Source: Myxococcota bacterium
GTDB lineage: Bacteria; Myxococcota_A; Polyangia; Nannocystales; Nannocystaceae
Assembly: GCA_039028615.1 (NCBI GenBank)
Contig: JBCCHT010000007.1
Location: 64,001 to 128,000 of the forward strand
DNA: 64,000 nucleotides
Direction: 5' to 3'
Positions 1-9,296 of the stretch are shown here, one piece after another. The notes below the pieces were generated by a model that saw nothing but the letters and a program-made list of their open reading frames with translations, searched no databases and was not told where the DNA came from. The first letter of the stretch is position 1. Every line of letters starts with the position of its first letter. A program made the position numbers and the translations under genes.

Positions 1-2403
1 CACGATCGCCACGGCGGCATGGCGACGATGCTCGACGAGCTCACCCGCGACCCCCGGGTCACGGTGCAGCGCATCGCGTACTTGCTGGGGGTGGTGATCC
101 TGGTGCTGATCGTCGCGGGCTCGTGGTGGTCGCAGCGAGAGGAACGCAGCGCCCGGGCCGAGGGCGAGCAGCTCCGGGCCAAGTTCGAGCGAGCGCGGGT
201 GCTCAACGCCGAAGACGAGCTCCGCCGCGCCCAGTCCCGCACCGTCTCGGAGAAGTGGGACGACCTGGTGCTGGCCTACGCCCGCCAGGTGCTCGACGAC
301 GAGCCCACCGTGGCCCTCGCCGCGCTCAAGCACCTCACCCCGAACAACACCGACTGGCTGCCCGCCGCCCGCACCATCGCCGCCGATGCGGGGCAGCGCG
401 GGGTCATGTATCGCAACGTCGATCCCGGCCTCGGTCGCGTCGCTCGCCTCGGATTTACCGATGGCGGGCGCGTGCTCGTGATGGCCGGCCGCGGCCTGTC
501 GCTGTGGGAGCCGGCCACCGACCGCCGCTGGCGACTCGAAGACCCGGGCACGACGCTCCGCGACGTGGCCTTCACCGCCGACGGCAAGAAGATCGCCGCC
601 GTCGGCCAAGACGAGGCGATCTACGTGTGGACCCTCGACCCGCGCACGAGCGGGCCCGGCACGATGCGGCGGATCTCGAGCAACGACGGCCCGCTGTCGG
701 CCATCGCTCTGTCCGCCGACGGCGAGACCCTGGCCGTGGGTGCCAACAGCGGGCGCGTTCGCCTGCTCGACTGGGACGGCCGCAGCACCCGGTCCATGAA
801 CGACCACAAGGGTGCGATCCGCTCGCTGGACTTCTCGCCGGACCAACAGCGGCTCGCCTCCGCGAGCGACGACGGCACCATTCTCCAGTGGTTCCTCGAG
901 CGCGAGACCCACTGGGAGCTGGCGCATGGTCCCGGCATTCGTCAGGCCCGCTTCGATGGCGAGGGCGTGGCCCTGTGGTCGACGGCCGAGGACGGTCGGG
1001 TGCGACGCTGGTCGGACAAGGGCACGCCGCTCATCGTGGACGAGCTCGAGGGGGTCACCCTGCTGCAGCGCACGCCGACCGGCGATCACATGCTGGCGTG
1101 TCGCGGAGACCGAGAGCTCGTGCTGCGCGGCGGCGGTGATCCGCAGCCGCTACGAGGATTGCCCGCGCTGGTCACCGCCATCGCCCTGACCGACGACGGC
1201 ACCTGGGCCGCCGCCGCGACCGGCAACGAGCGCGTGGTGCTGTGGCGCCTGACCGGCATGGGCGGCGACGGCTCGCAGCCCGACGGCTCGCGCATCAGCA
1301 ACACGGGGGGCACCACCACCGCCCTGGCCTTCTCTCGCGCGGGCAGCTTGCTGGCCACCGCCAGCCGACAAGGTCGCGTGCAGCTGTGGTCCGAGCAAGG
1401 CGAGTTTCGCGGTGAGCTCGGGCAACACGGCCGCACGATCCTCGACCTCGACTTCTCACCCCAGGGTCACGAGCTGGCCGCCTACGACGAAGAGGGCGGA
1501 CTGATGGTGTGGTCGGTGGCCGACCACGACCAACCCCCCATTCGCCTGCGTCGCAAGGGCGAGCGCCGCTCCGCCGCCTGGACCTGGTCTCCCGACGGCA
1601 ACATGATCGCGGCCCCGCAGTGCTCGTCCTCCGATCGCTGCGAGGTCGTGCTCTATCCGCTGTCCGGAGACGAACCCGTCGCGCTGGGCAGCACCGACTC
1701 GCCCGCCACAACCCTGCTCTACTCGCCCTCGGGGCGGCGCCTGCTGAGCGACCACCCCACCGACTCGTGGCTGTGGGACCTCGAGGACCTCACCGGGCAC
1801 GCACTCGAGTGGCCCGATGGCGTGCAGCCGGGGGAGCGCCTGGCCTTCGCCTACGTGCGGGGTGGGGTCCGTATCGCGACCGGCGAAGAGCTGCGCGACG
1901 AGGAAGCCCGCGTAGTCTCCACGACCCTGCGAGTGTGGCACTTGGGGCAGCGCAGCGACGACGTGCACATGCTCTTCGAGCAGCCCGAGCTGCGAACCTT
2001 GCTCGTCGACGATCAGCGGCGGACGCTGCTGCTCCGCACGCACGACGACAACACGCTGATGTGGCGCCTGGCCGGAGACCGCTTCCGCTTGCTCCCCACC
2101 ATCGGCAACAACGTCGACCGGCTCATGATCTCCCCCGATGGCCAGGCGCTGCTGCTGCGCCCGCGATTCGTGCGTGGCCGCCCCAACGACAGCCTGTGGG
2201 TGGACATCGAGTCGGGCCAGACACGACGCTTCTCGCGGCGCAACGATCCCATGGCGTGGTCGGCCCGAGGCACGGTGGCCGACTCGATGGGCCGTCGCGG
2301 CATTCGCATCTGGCGAGATCCCACCCCGGACGAGGTCGGGGCCTTCATTCGTTGGCTCTGGGACGAGACCAACGCGCAGGTCGACCCGGCCAGCATCCGC
2401 TGA
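1..2403 (+). CDS. 3' part of a probable Ser/Thr kinase-TM-WD40 beta-propeller protein (5' truncated by window edge)
   Basis: Frame is open from base 1 (HDRHGGMATMLDEL resembles kinase subdomain XI). It is followed by a TM helix (IAYLLGVVILVLIVAGSWW) and many WD40 repeats (HKGAIRSLDFSPDQQRLASASDDGTILQW). Confidence 0.85.
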   Translation, partial: HDRHGGMATMLDELTRDPRVTVQRIAYLLGVVILVLIVAGSWWSQREERSARAEGEQLRAKFERARVLNAEDELRRAQSRTVSEKWDDLVLAYARQVLDDEPTVALAALKHLTPNNTDWLPAARTIAADAGQRGVMYRNVDPGLGRVARLGFTDGGRVLVMAGRGLSLWEPATDRRWRLEDPGTTLRDVAFTADGKKIAAVGQDEAIYVWTLDPRTSGPGTMRRISSNDGPLSAIALSADGETLAVGANSGRVRLLDWDGRSTRSMNDHKGAIRSLDFSPDQQRLASASDDGTILQWFLERETHWELAHGPGIRQARFDGEGVALWSTAEDGRVRRWSDKGTPLIVDELEGVTLLQRTPTGDHMLACRGDRELVLRGGGDPQPLRGLPALVTAIALTDDGTWAAAATGNERVVLWRLTGMGGDGSQPDGSRISNTGGTTTALAFSRAGSLLATASRQGRVQLWSEQGEFRGELGQHGRTILDLDFSPQGHELAAYDEEGGLMVWSVADHDQPPIRLRRKGERRSAAWTWSPDGNMIAAPQCSSSDRCEVVLYPLSGDEPVALGSTDSPATTLLYSPSGRRLLSDHPTDSWLWDLEDLTGHALEWPDGVQPGERLAFAYVRGGVRIATGEELRDEEARVVSTTLRVWHLGQRSDDVHMLFEQPELRTLLVDDQRRTLLLRTHDDNTLMWRLAGDRFRLLPTIGNNVDRLMISPDGQALLLRPRFVRGRPNDSLWVDIESGQTRRFSRRNDPMAWSARGTVADSMGRRGIRIWRDPTPDEVGAFIRWLWDETNAQVDPASIR

Positions 2404-2470
2404 TCGGTTACGCGTCGGTACGATGGCGGCAACGGGGCGCAGTTGACCCTGGTTGTCGCGACCATCGATA

Positions 2471-4144
2471 ATGCGCCCACGCCGACGGCGTCTCACCGTG
2501 TCCGATCTCCTCGATTCTGCCGATGAAGAGCATCCGCTGATCGGCGAGACGCTGGACGGTCGCTACCAGATCGAGGCCCTGCTCGGCCGCGGAGGCATGG
2601 GCGCGGTGTTCCGCGCTCGCCACCTGAGCCTCGACCGCCCGGTCGCGGTCAAGCTGCTGCACCCGCAGCTGTCCAGCGACCCCCGCGTGGGCAAGCGCTT
2701 CGATCGCGAGGCCCAAGCGGTCTCCAAGCTCGACCACCCCGGCTGCGTCCAGGTCATGGACTTCGGCACGAGCGAGCTGGGCATCAAGTACCTGGTGATG
2801 CAGTTCCTCGACGGGCACGAGCTGCGCGACCGGACCGGCGTCGGGCTCGAGATCTCCGAGGCGGTGGACATCGTCGACCAGGTGCTCGACGCCCTCGAGC
2901 ACGCCCACAAGCGCGGGCTCGTCCATCGCGACCTCAAGCCGGAGAACATCTTCCTCGTGCGCGACGACGATCACCGCCAGGTGGTCAAGCTCGTCGACTT
3001 CGGCATCGTGAAGCTGCTGGAGGGCAACGAGAACCAGGAGCGGCTCACCCAGCTGGGCATGGCCTTCGGTACGCCCACGTACATGAGCCCCGAGCAGGCG
3101 GCGGGCGGCACCATCGACGCGCGCACCGACATCTATGCCGTGGGCGTGCTGTTGTACGAGCTGCTCACCGGAGCGCCGCCCTTCGACGCGGACGAGCCCG
3201 GGATCTTGCTGCGCATGCACATCCTGCGGGACCCTCCGCCGCTGCCCGACACCATCCCGCCGTCGATCGTGGCGGTGGTGATGAAGCTGCTCGCGAAGGA
3301 AGCCGAGGATCGCTACCTCACCGCTCGCGAGGCCCAGGCGGCGCTTCGCGAGGCGGTGGAGAACATGGAAGCGCAGTCCGACTCGGGCGCGTTCCCCCGG
3401 CTGGTGCCACCGGGTCCCGGTGCCGCCGCTCCGCCTCCGCCCGCAGCTCGGCCCACCCACGCGGACGCGGCCGGGCTCCCCCCGTCCACGGGTCCAGGGT
3501 TGGGGCATACCCCACCCACGGATCCCGCTGCACCGACCGCCTCCAACCCAACGCCAGCCCCTCCTCCGCACGCGGCCGTCACCGATCCCGCTCTGCTCGC
3601 GACCGCGGCCAACCCGGCCACGCCGGTCGCGGGCATGGCTGCGCCGCCGCCCCACCCCGCGTCGTCGGGTACGGTACGCGCCCCTCCCCCCGGGCCCCTG
3701 CCCACCTATGGGCCCAACCAGAGCGCCAGCTTTGCCCACGGCCCCTCCGGCGCCCATGCCCCGTGGAACAGCGGCGCGGGCATGTCGGCGGCCCACTCGA
3801 TGACCGCCAGCCAGGCTTCGCTCCGCAAGCAGGACGCCTCGCATCGCGCCCTGTGGATCGTCGTCAGCGTGGCCGTCCTCGCCATTTTGGTCTGGGTCGG
3901 CGCCGCGATCTACTGGATGAGCCCGTCATCGCGAGACCTGCCCGCCCCGGCCGCGAGCCCCGACGCCGATCACTCCCGCTGGCACTTCACCGACGGTGTC
4001 GACCCGGCAAGCGCCAAAGACTCGGAGGGCTCGGACTCCACCACGAGTACCGCCGCCTCGGAGGAGGAGCCCAAGAAGCCCAAGCGCAAAAAAGAGCGCA
4101 AGGGAAAGGGCAAGAAGGACAAGAAAGAGGGCAAGGGCAAGTAG
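2471..4144 (+). CDS. Hanks-type Ser/Thr kinase with Pro/Ala linker, TM helix and Lys-rich C-tail
   Basis: GRGGMGAV, VAVK, HRDLKPEN, DFG, GTPTYMSPE. Start is either ATG 2471 or GTG 2498. Confidence 0.93.
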   Translation: MRPRRRRLTVSDLLDSADEEHPLIGETLDGRYQIEALLGRGGMGAVFRARHLSLDRPVAVKLLHPQLSSDPRVGKRFDREAQAVSKLDHPGCVQVMDFGTSELGIKYLVMQFLDGHELRDRTGVGLEISEAVDIVDQVLDALEHAHKRGLVHRDLKPENIFLVRDDDHRQVVKLVDFGIVKLLEGNENQERLTQLGMAFGTPTYMSPEQAAGGTIDARTDIYAVGVLLYELLTGAPPFDADEPGILLRMHILRDPPPLPDTIPPSIVAVVMKLLAKEAEDRYLTAREAQAALREAVENMEAQSDSGAFPRLVPPGPGAAAPPPPAARPTHADAAGLPPSTGPGLGHTPPTDPAAPTASNPTPAPPPHAAVTDPALLATAANPATPVAGMAAPPPHPASSGTVRAPPPGPLPTYGPNQSASFAHGPSGAHAPWNSGAGMSAAHSMTASQASLRKQDASHRALWIVVSVAVLAILVWVGAAIYWMSPSSRDLPAPAASPDADHSRWHFTDGVDPASAKDSEGSDSTTSTAASEEEPKKPKRKKERKGKGKKDKKEGKGK

Positions 4145-4154
4145 GCACGCGACC

Positions 4155-5396
4155 ATGAGCTCCGTCCCCACGACCAACGAGCCTCCCCAACCCGGCGACG
4201 TCTACGAGGGCTTCACCGTCACGCGCATGCTGGGCACAGGCACCTTCGCCTGGGTGCTCGAAGCGCGCCATCCCGACTACGCGGGACCGGTGGCCATGAA
4301 GATCTCGCGGCACCCGGTGGAGACGGAGGAGACCGCCCTGCGGGCGCTCCGCGAGATTCGCATCCTGGGCTCGCTGTCCAATCCCCACGTGGTGCACATC
4401 TTCGACCACGGCCTGGGGCCCGACGAGCGCTGGTACATGGTGATGGAGCTGCTCGAGGGCGGAGAGCTGTCCGCGGGTCACGACTTCGACCGACCGATGC
4501 CCCCGGCCCAGGCCGCGCGGGTGGTGCAACAGGCCTGCCTCGGCCTCGACGAAGCCCACCGCGCGGGCATCGTGCATCGCGACATCAAGCCCGACAACTT
4601 GTGGAAGACGCCCGACGGCACCATCAAGGTCCTCGACTTCGGCCTCGCCCGCGCCTGGGATACCGACAACACCATCGGCGCCAACGCGACCACGGGGCAC
4701 ATGCTGGTGGGCACCCCTCACTACGCCCAGCCCGAGCAGATCCACTCCGGCAAGCTCACCCCGGCCTCCGACGTCTACAGCCTGGGCTTTCTGCTCTACG
4801 AGCTGCTGGTGGGTCGGACCCCGCTGTTCGCCGACCAACGGGTGAGCGAGGTCCGGGACCGGCTGATCGACGAGCCCCTCAAGTGGCTCATCGCCCACGT
4901 CAAAGAAGCCGTCGTGCCGCTGACCCACTACCCCGAGGGACGGCGAATGCCGCGACGCTTGGTCGAGGTGGTCGACGCCGCGCTGGCCAAGGACCCCACC
5001 GAGAGGCCGGCCACCGCGGGCGCGCTCGCCAATCGACTCGCGTGGGTGCTGCATCACGATCTCGGCTGTGCCCTCGGTGGCGTGCTCGAGGTTCGCTACG
5101 CCAATGGAGCCAAGCAGCGACACTTGGTGCTTCCGGGCGTGCACCGCATGGGCATCGGGCCCGACTGCGAGATCGCGCTCGGCCGCGGCTCCACCCCGCG
5201 CGTCGATGCCATCCTGGAGTGGGCCGGGGCGCCCTACGAGGCCGAGCTGCGCCCGCTCGCCGAGGACGACGCGGTGCGGGTCAACGGCCACATCATGAAC
5301 CGCCGCGTACGCTTGGTGCCGGGCACGTTCATGGAGATCCGCGGCGTTCGGCTGGAGCTGCAGTACCCGCGGTCGATGAAGACCCCGAAGCGATGA
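4155..5396 (+). CDS. Ser/Thr kinase with C-terminal degenerate FHA-like domain
   Basis: GTGTFAWV, VAMK, HRDIKPDN, DFG, GTPHYAQPE. C-terminus has FHA-like DCEIAL...VRVNG...L.PG..MEI. ATG lies 10 nt after the upstream stop. Confidence 0.9.
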   Translation: MSSVPTTNEPPQPGDVYEGFTVTRMLGTGTFAWVLEARHPDYAGPVAMKISRHPVETEETALRALREIRILGSLSNPHVVHIFDHGLGPDERWYMVMELLEGGELSAGHDFDRPMPPAQAARVVQQACLGLDEAHRAGIVHRDIKPDNLWKTPDGTIKVLDFGLARAWDTDNTIGANATTGHMLVGTPHYAQPEQIHSGKLTPASDVYSLGFLLYELLVGRTPLFADQRVSEVRDRLIDEPLKWLIAHVKEAVVPLTHYPEGRRMPRRLVEVVDAALAKDPTERPATAGALANRLAWVLHHDLGCALGGVLEVRYANGAKQRHLVLPGVHRMGIGPDCEIALGRGSTPRVDAILEWAGAPYEAELRPLAEDDAVRVNGHIMNRRVRLVPGTFMEIRGVRLELQYPRSMKTPKR

Positions 5397-5735
5397 AGCA
5401 GGCACGAGCGCGAAGCCGCCCGATCCATCGCCGCAACGCGGATCCACCGCCGCGTCGGTATTTTTTTCGGCCGACGACCGGTCGCCAAACAGCGTCTAGC
5501 GGCCGAATTCGACCGGTTGCAAAGTCTCTGGTCCAACGTCGCGAAGCTCACGACCGTGTAGGGCAACGACGCTGATTCCCCTGCAACCTGTGGGGCCGCG
5601 ACTCGTCAATGGGGGTGTCGAGGCCGCTCCGTGGGACGAGCGGCCGACACTGACCAAAACGTCGTGCTCCGTTGGGGGGCCCGTCCGTCGAGAGTGCCGA
5701 GTCACTCGCGACGACGAACGTTGGAGGACTTCATC

Positions 5736-6719
5736 ATGGTTGCCGAGTACATCGAGAAGATTCAGGAACTGGCCGGACGCTTTCGTGACAACGAGCGCAA
5801 CCTGACCCTGTACTTCCCCGATCTCCAGACCGCCCCCGCTGCCGACAGCTACAACCGGGTCTTCGGGGCCCCGGTCGGGCTCACCGACGAGCACTGGCCC
5901 ACCTTCCCCGAGCTCGGCGAGCTCCTGTCGCAGGCCGACTGCGTCCAGCACTGGGACCACCGCGACACTCGCATGGAGCACGTGTTCACGGTCGACCTGC
6001 GCGGCATCAAGCTGCTGGGCGCCCCCGAGGACGCCGAGGCGATGATGCTGTTCATCAGCAACGCCAGCTTCCACCGCGCCTGCGCCGACGGCAACCGACA
6101 CACCCAAGTCGTGTTCCTGCGCCGCGAGGATCTCGACCGCGGCCTGTACCAGGGTGCCCTGCCCGAGCGCTCGCTATACCGCTGGAGCCGTCGCTTCAGC
6201 CTCGTGCCCGTGGACGTCCCCGGCGAGGTCTTCGAGGTGCCCCAGCTCGATCTCCTGCCCGACGATCTGCTCGTCGAGCTGTACGACGCCATCGCCGACG
6301 CCCCCGCTCGCTTGGGTGGCCTGCCCACGGGTGTCGAGCGCACCGACGGCGCCCCCGGGGGCTGGGACGAGAGCTCGCCCACCCTGCCGCGCGACAACCC
6401 GCCCGTGGTCCAGGCTGGTGGCTTCCAGTCGCTCCTCGAGGCGCCGGCCCACGCCAACAGCCGTCCCACCGTGCCCGACGGCAGCACCCAGTTCGAGTCG
6501 CGCCGCACCATCGTGCACGGCGACAGCCTGCTCGAGCGCAGCTACACCGACGGCGACCCGGCCAACGCCCGCACCTTCGGACACCGCGTGCCCCGGTCCG
6601 CCCCCTCGAGCCCCTTCCTCATGCAGTTCCACCGTCGCTTCGCCGACGTCAATCTCGGCCCGGAAGGCGTCATGTACGTCTCCGGTCGCAGCGCCTACGT
6701 CCAACCTCCCGCGGCCTGA
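5736..6719 (+). CDS. Hypothetical protein, YwqG/DUF1963-like
   Basis: GGAGG RBS before ATG 5736. Motifs NRVFGAP..WP, MEHVFTVDL, RLGGLP, FLMQF..NLG..GVMYV resemble the YwqG fold. Confidence 0.55.
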   Translation: MVAEYIEKIQELAGRFRDNERNLTLYFPDLQTAPAADSYNRVFGAPVGLTDEHWPTFPELGELLSQADCVQHWDHRDTRMEHVFTVDLRGIKLLGAPEDAEAMMLFISNASFHRACADGNRHTQVVFLRREDLDRGLYQGALPERSLYRWSRRFSLVPVDVPGEVFEVPQLDLLPDDLLVELYDAIADAPARLGGLPTGVERTDGAPGGWDESSPTLPRDNPPVVQAGGFQSLLEAPAHANSRPTVPDGSTQFESRRTIVHGDSLLERSYTDGDPANARTFGHRVPRSAPSSPFLMQFHRRFADVNLGPEGVMYVSGRSAYVQPPAA

Positions 6720-6726
6720 GCGGGTC

Positions 6727-6840
6727 AGGCCCACCACCGCGTCTGTCGGGCTCCCAATTCCCTTCCCGACAGCGCACTCCCTTCATCACCGCCCACTCCC
6801 AGGGGCGGTGATGATCTTTGGGGCGAAGCGGTGAAGGCCT
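6727..6840. terminator. Tandem hairpins between convergent genes (bidirectional terminator or structured element)
   Basis: CTGTCGGG/CCCGACAG (6743-6772) and a perfect 12-bp TCATCACCGCCC/GGGCGGTGATGA stem (6783-6814). Confidence 0.6.
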
Positions 6841-8428
6841 ACAGATCGTTCCAGGTGCCGGTCACGGCCGGCGCCGGGTCGAGATCGTAGCGGCGTCGTG
6901 CCGTCAGGCGCGGGCTGGTGCCCCCGGCAAGCTCGACGTCGTGGCCGATGAGACCCCGCCGGGTGTCGCCCGTGTCGAGCTCGAACTCGAGCAGGCCGCT
7001 GACGCCCCGGAGGTTGATGTTCTGCCCCGCATCCAGCGTCGACTGGGCGGTGGTGATGAACGACAGGCCCTCGCCAAAGGAGACCGCGGTACCGCTGGGA
7101 TCCGACAGGCGCTCGATCGCCGCCGAGATTTCGGCCCCCGTGCCGTCCCCGCTGGGGATCGAGCTGAGCGCCAGCATCACGGTCATGGCCGCGTCGTAGG
7201 CCTGGCCCGCGTACAGCCCCGCGTCATCGTCGGGGAAGCGGATCTCGTAGCGAATCTCGAAGGGCCCGTGGTTGTCGGCATCGCGGCTGTCGTGGGTGAT
7301 GCCCTCGATCCGGTTGGCCAAGGTGGGACGGAAGCCCTCGCTGACCCCTTCGACGATGGTCTCCATGACCGGGGCCGCCTCGCTGCTGAGCACGAAGGTC
7401 GGCAGGGTGGGCTGGGGATTCGCCTGGGCCCAGGCCTCGAGATAAAAGAGCACCAGCTCGCGCGCTTCGACGCTGCCGAGCACCACGATGACGTCGGGGT
7501 CGAGCTCGAAGATGGTGGCCACGCGGGCGCCGTACTCGGACAGCAGGGCCTGCGAGTCGGAGAACGAGTCCAGGTCGGAGTACAGCAGGGTGCCCAGCGC
7601 GTTGTTGGGCAGGATCCCGCTCAGGCGCGGCGCGAGGTCATCGAGCAGGCCCTGGCCGTAGAGGTCGTTTTTGACCAACGCCACGACCCGCTGGGGCACG
7701 GGGTCGAAGGCCGCGAGTCGGTCGGCGATGCCGGCCGCCTGCACGGCGTCGTTGCCCGCGGTGCGCCACACCAGCTCTTCGTCGACCAGCTGTCCCAGCA
7801 CTCGGGCCGAGGCGGTCGGGCTGATGAGGAAGGTCCCCGCGGGCGCGGTCACGTTGGCGACGTCCACCATCTCGGAGGACAGGCCCGGACCCACGATCGC
7901 GTTGATGCCCGCCACGGTCAGCTCGCGGGCGGCCGCAGCCGCTTCGCTGCCGCTGCCCTGCGAGTCACAGGCGACCCAGGCGATCCGCTTGCCGCCGGGC
8001 AGCGTGGTGGTGGCGTTGAAGTCCTCGACCGCCAGCTGCACCGCGTTCTCCAGCGGAGCGCCGAATGAGGCGTAAGTGCCCGTCCGCGGCAGGATCGAGG
8101 CGATATGCACGATCTGATCGGGCGAGCCGTCGGGTCGAATCCGCAGCTCGCAGCGATCGGTGGTCAGCGCCGCGCACGACCCGGCCGGACCGCAGACGAC
8201 GCTGTCGTCGTAGGCCGCGTGGCAGTCGGCGTCCTCGAGGCACGAGACGTCCGAGGGCGGCGTGGGAATGACGCAAACGTTGTCGCGACAGACCAGGTCC
8301 ACCCCTTGGCTGTTGGTGCAGTCGATGTCCTCGATGCACTCGGAAAAATCCAGCGCGAGCGAGCAGCTGGTCGCCACCCCCAAGCCGAGTCCTGCCGCCA
8401 TCACGGCGATGCACTGTGCAAGTCGCAT
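6839..8428 (-). CDS. Lipoprotein: Cys-rich N-terminal repeats plus type-1 periplasmic (branched-chain amino-acid-like) binding domain
   Basis: Lipobox-like ATSC; C..D.DC repeats; IASILPRTG..AVQLAVEDFN, AIVGP..S, ISPTAS, YG.GL, AYDA, GVSG...F. Confidence 0.85.
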   Translation of the reverse strand: MRLAQCIAVMAAGLGLGVATSCSLALDFSECIEDIDCTNSQGVDLVCRDNVCVIPTPPSDVSCLEDADCHAAYDDSVVCGPAGSCAALTTDRCELRIRPDGSPDQIVHIASILPRTGTYASFGAPLENAVQLAVEDFNATTTLPGGKRIAWVACDSQGSGSEAAAAARELTVAGINAIVGPGLSSEMVDVANVTAPAGTFLISPTASARVLGQLVDEELVWRTAGNDAVQAAGIADRLAAFDPVPQRVVALVKNDLYGQGLLDDLAPRLSGILPNNALGTLLYSDLDSFSDSQALLSEYGARVATIFELDPDVIVVLGSVEARELVLFYLEAWAQANPQPTLPTFVLSSEAAPVMETIVEGVSEGFRPTLANRIEGITHDSRDADNHGPFEIRYEIRFPDDDAGLYAGQAYDAAMTVMLALSSIPSGDGTGAEISAAIERLSDPSGTAVSFGEGLSFITTAQSTLDAGQNINLRGVSGLLEFELDTGDTRRGLIGHDVELAGGTSPRLTARRRYDLDPAPAVTGTWNDL

Positions 8429-8444
8429 GCAGTAGGGCTCCCAG

Positions 8445-9296
8445 TCAGAAACGAAGCGTGGCGTTGAGGCCGGCGCCTTGGCGGCTGGCCCAGGGCGAGA
8501 TCCGCGGGCGACGAGCGACCGCATCCGACCCCTCGCGCCCGGCCTTGTCGCGCTTGACGGAGACGATGGTGACCACGATGCCCGCGACGGCGAGCGCCCC
8601 GCCGACGCCGAACAAGATGTCGGCCCCCAGCGCCAGGCGTCGGCCCTGGTTCGCGGTGGGGTTGCGCTGCTCGAAGGTCTGCTGGTCTTCCAGCTCCTGG
8701 CTTCGAGCGAAGGCGAGGCCGCCCAAGACGCCGCCCGTGGCCAAGCCCGCCGCGCCGACGCCGAGCATGGTGTACCCGGCGATGCGCAGCTTGGTCGGCC
8801 CTTCGGGCTCCGGCTCGGGTTCAGGCTCGGGCTCGGGTTCGGGCTCCGGCTCGGGCTCGGGCTCCGGCTCGGGTTCGGGTTCCGGCTCGGGTTCAGGCTC
8901 GGCCGTCTCTTCGAGGATCGCCCGGAGCACCCGCAGTCGCTCGAGACCGCGCTCGCGAGCCTCGAGGGGGACCCCCGGCTCCTTCACGAAGCGCTCGTAG
9001 TACTCGACCGACTTTTCGAGGTTGCCTTGTTCCTCGTAGACCCGCCCGATGTTGAACATGTAGTTCGGCTCGGGCTCGATCGCGTAGGCCTCCTCGAACA
9101 GGCGAACCGCCTCGTCGTACTCCTTGGCCTGAAACTTCTCGACGGCCTCCGAGATGATGGCGTCGACCTCACTGTTGCCGCTGGGCTGCGCCAATGCGGT
9201 GCGAGGCACGACGCTCAACCCGACCGCGAGTGCGACCGTACCTGCGACGAGTGCCCGTGAGACCCGGGCGAGATTGTTGATGGAGTGTTGGGTCAC
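8445..9296 (-). CDS. Secreted TPR protein with (PE)n linker and hydrophobic C-terminal region ending in F
   Basis: Signal peptide, TPR ([23 protein letters not shown]). Its GTG overlaps the kinase stop (GTGA). Confidence 0.85.
8805..8903 (-). repeat. Hexamer tandem repeat encoding a (PE)~16 linker
   Basis: GGCTCG/GGTTCG/GGCTCC units on the + strand. Confidence 0.9.

Noticed and set aside
5485..5570. Possible c-di-GMP-I (GEMM) riboswitch (GCCAAAC...GCAAAGTCTCTGGTCCAA)
   Set aside because: No GNRA-capped P2, the spacing is too long and there is no P3 receptor pairing.
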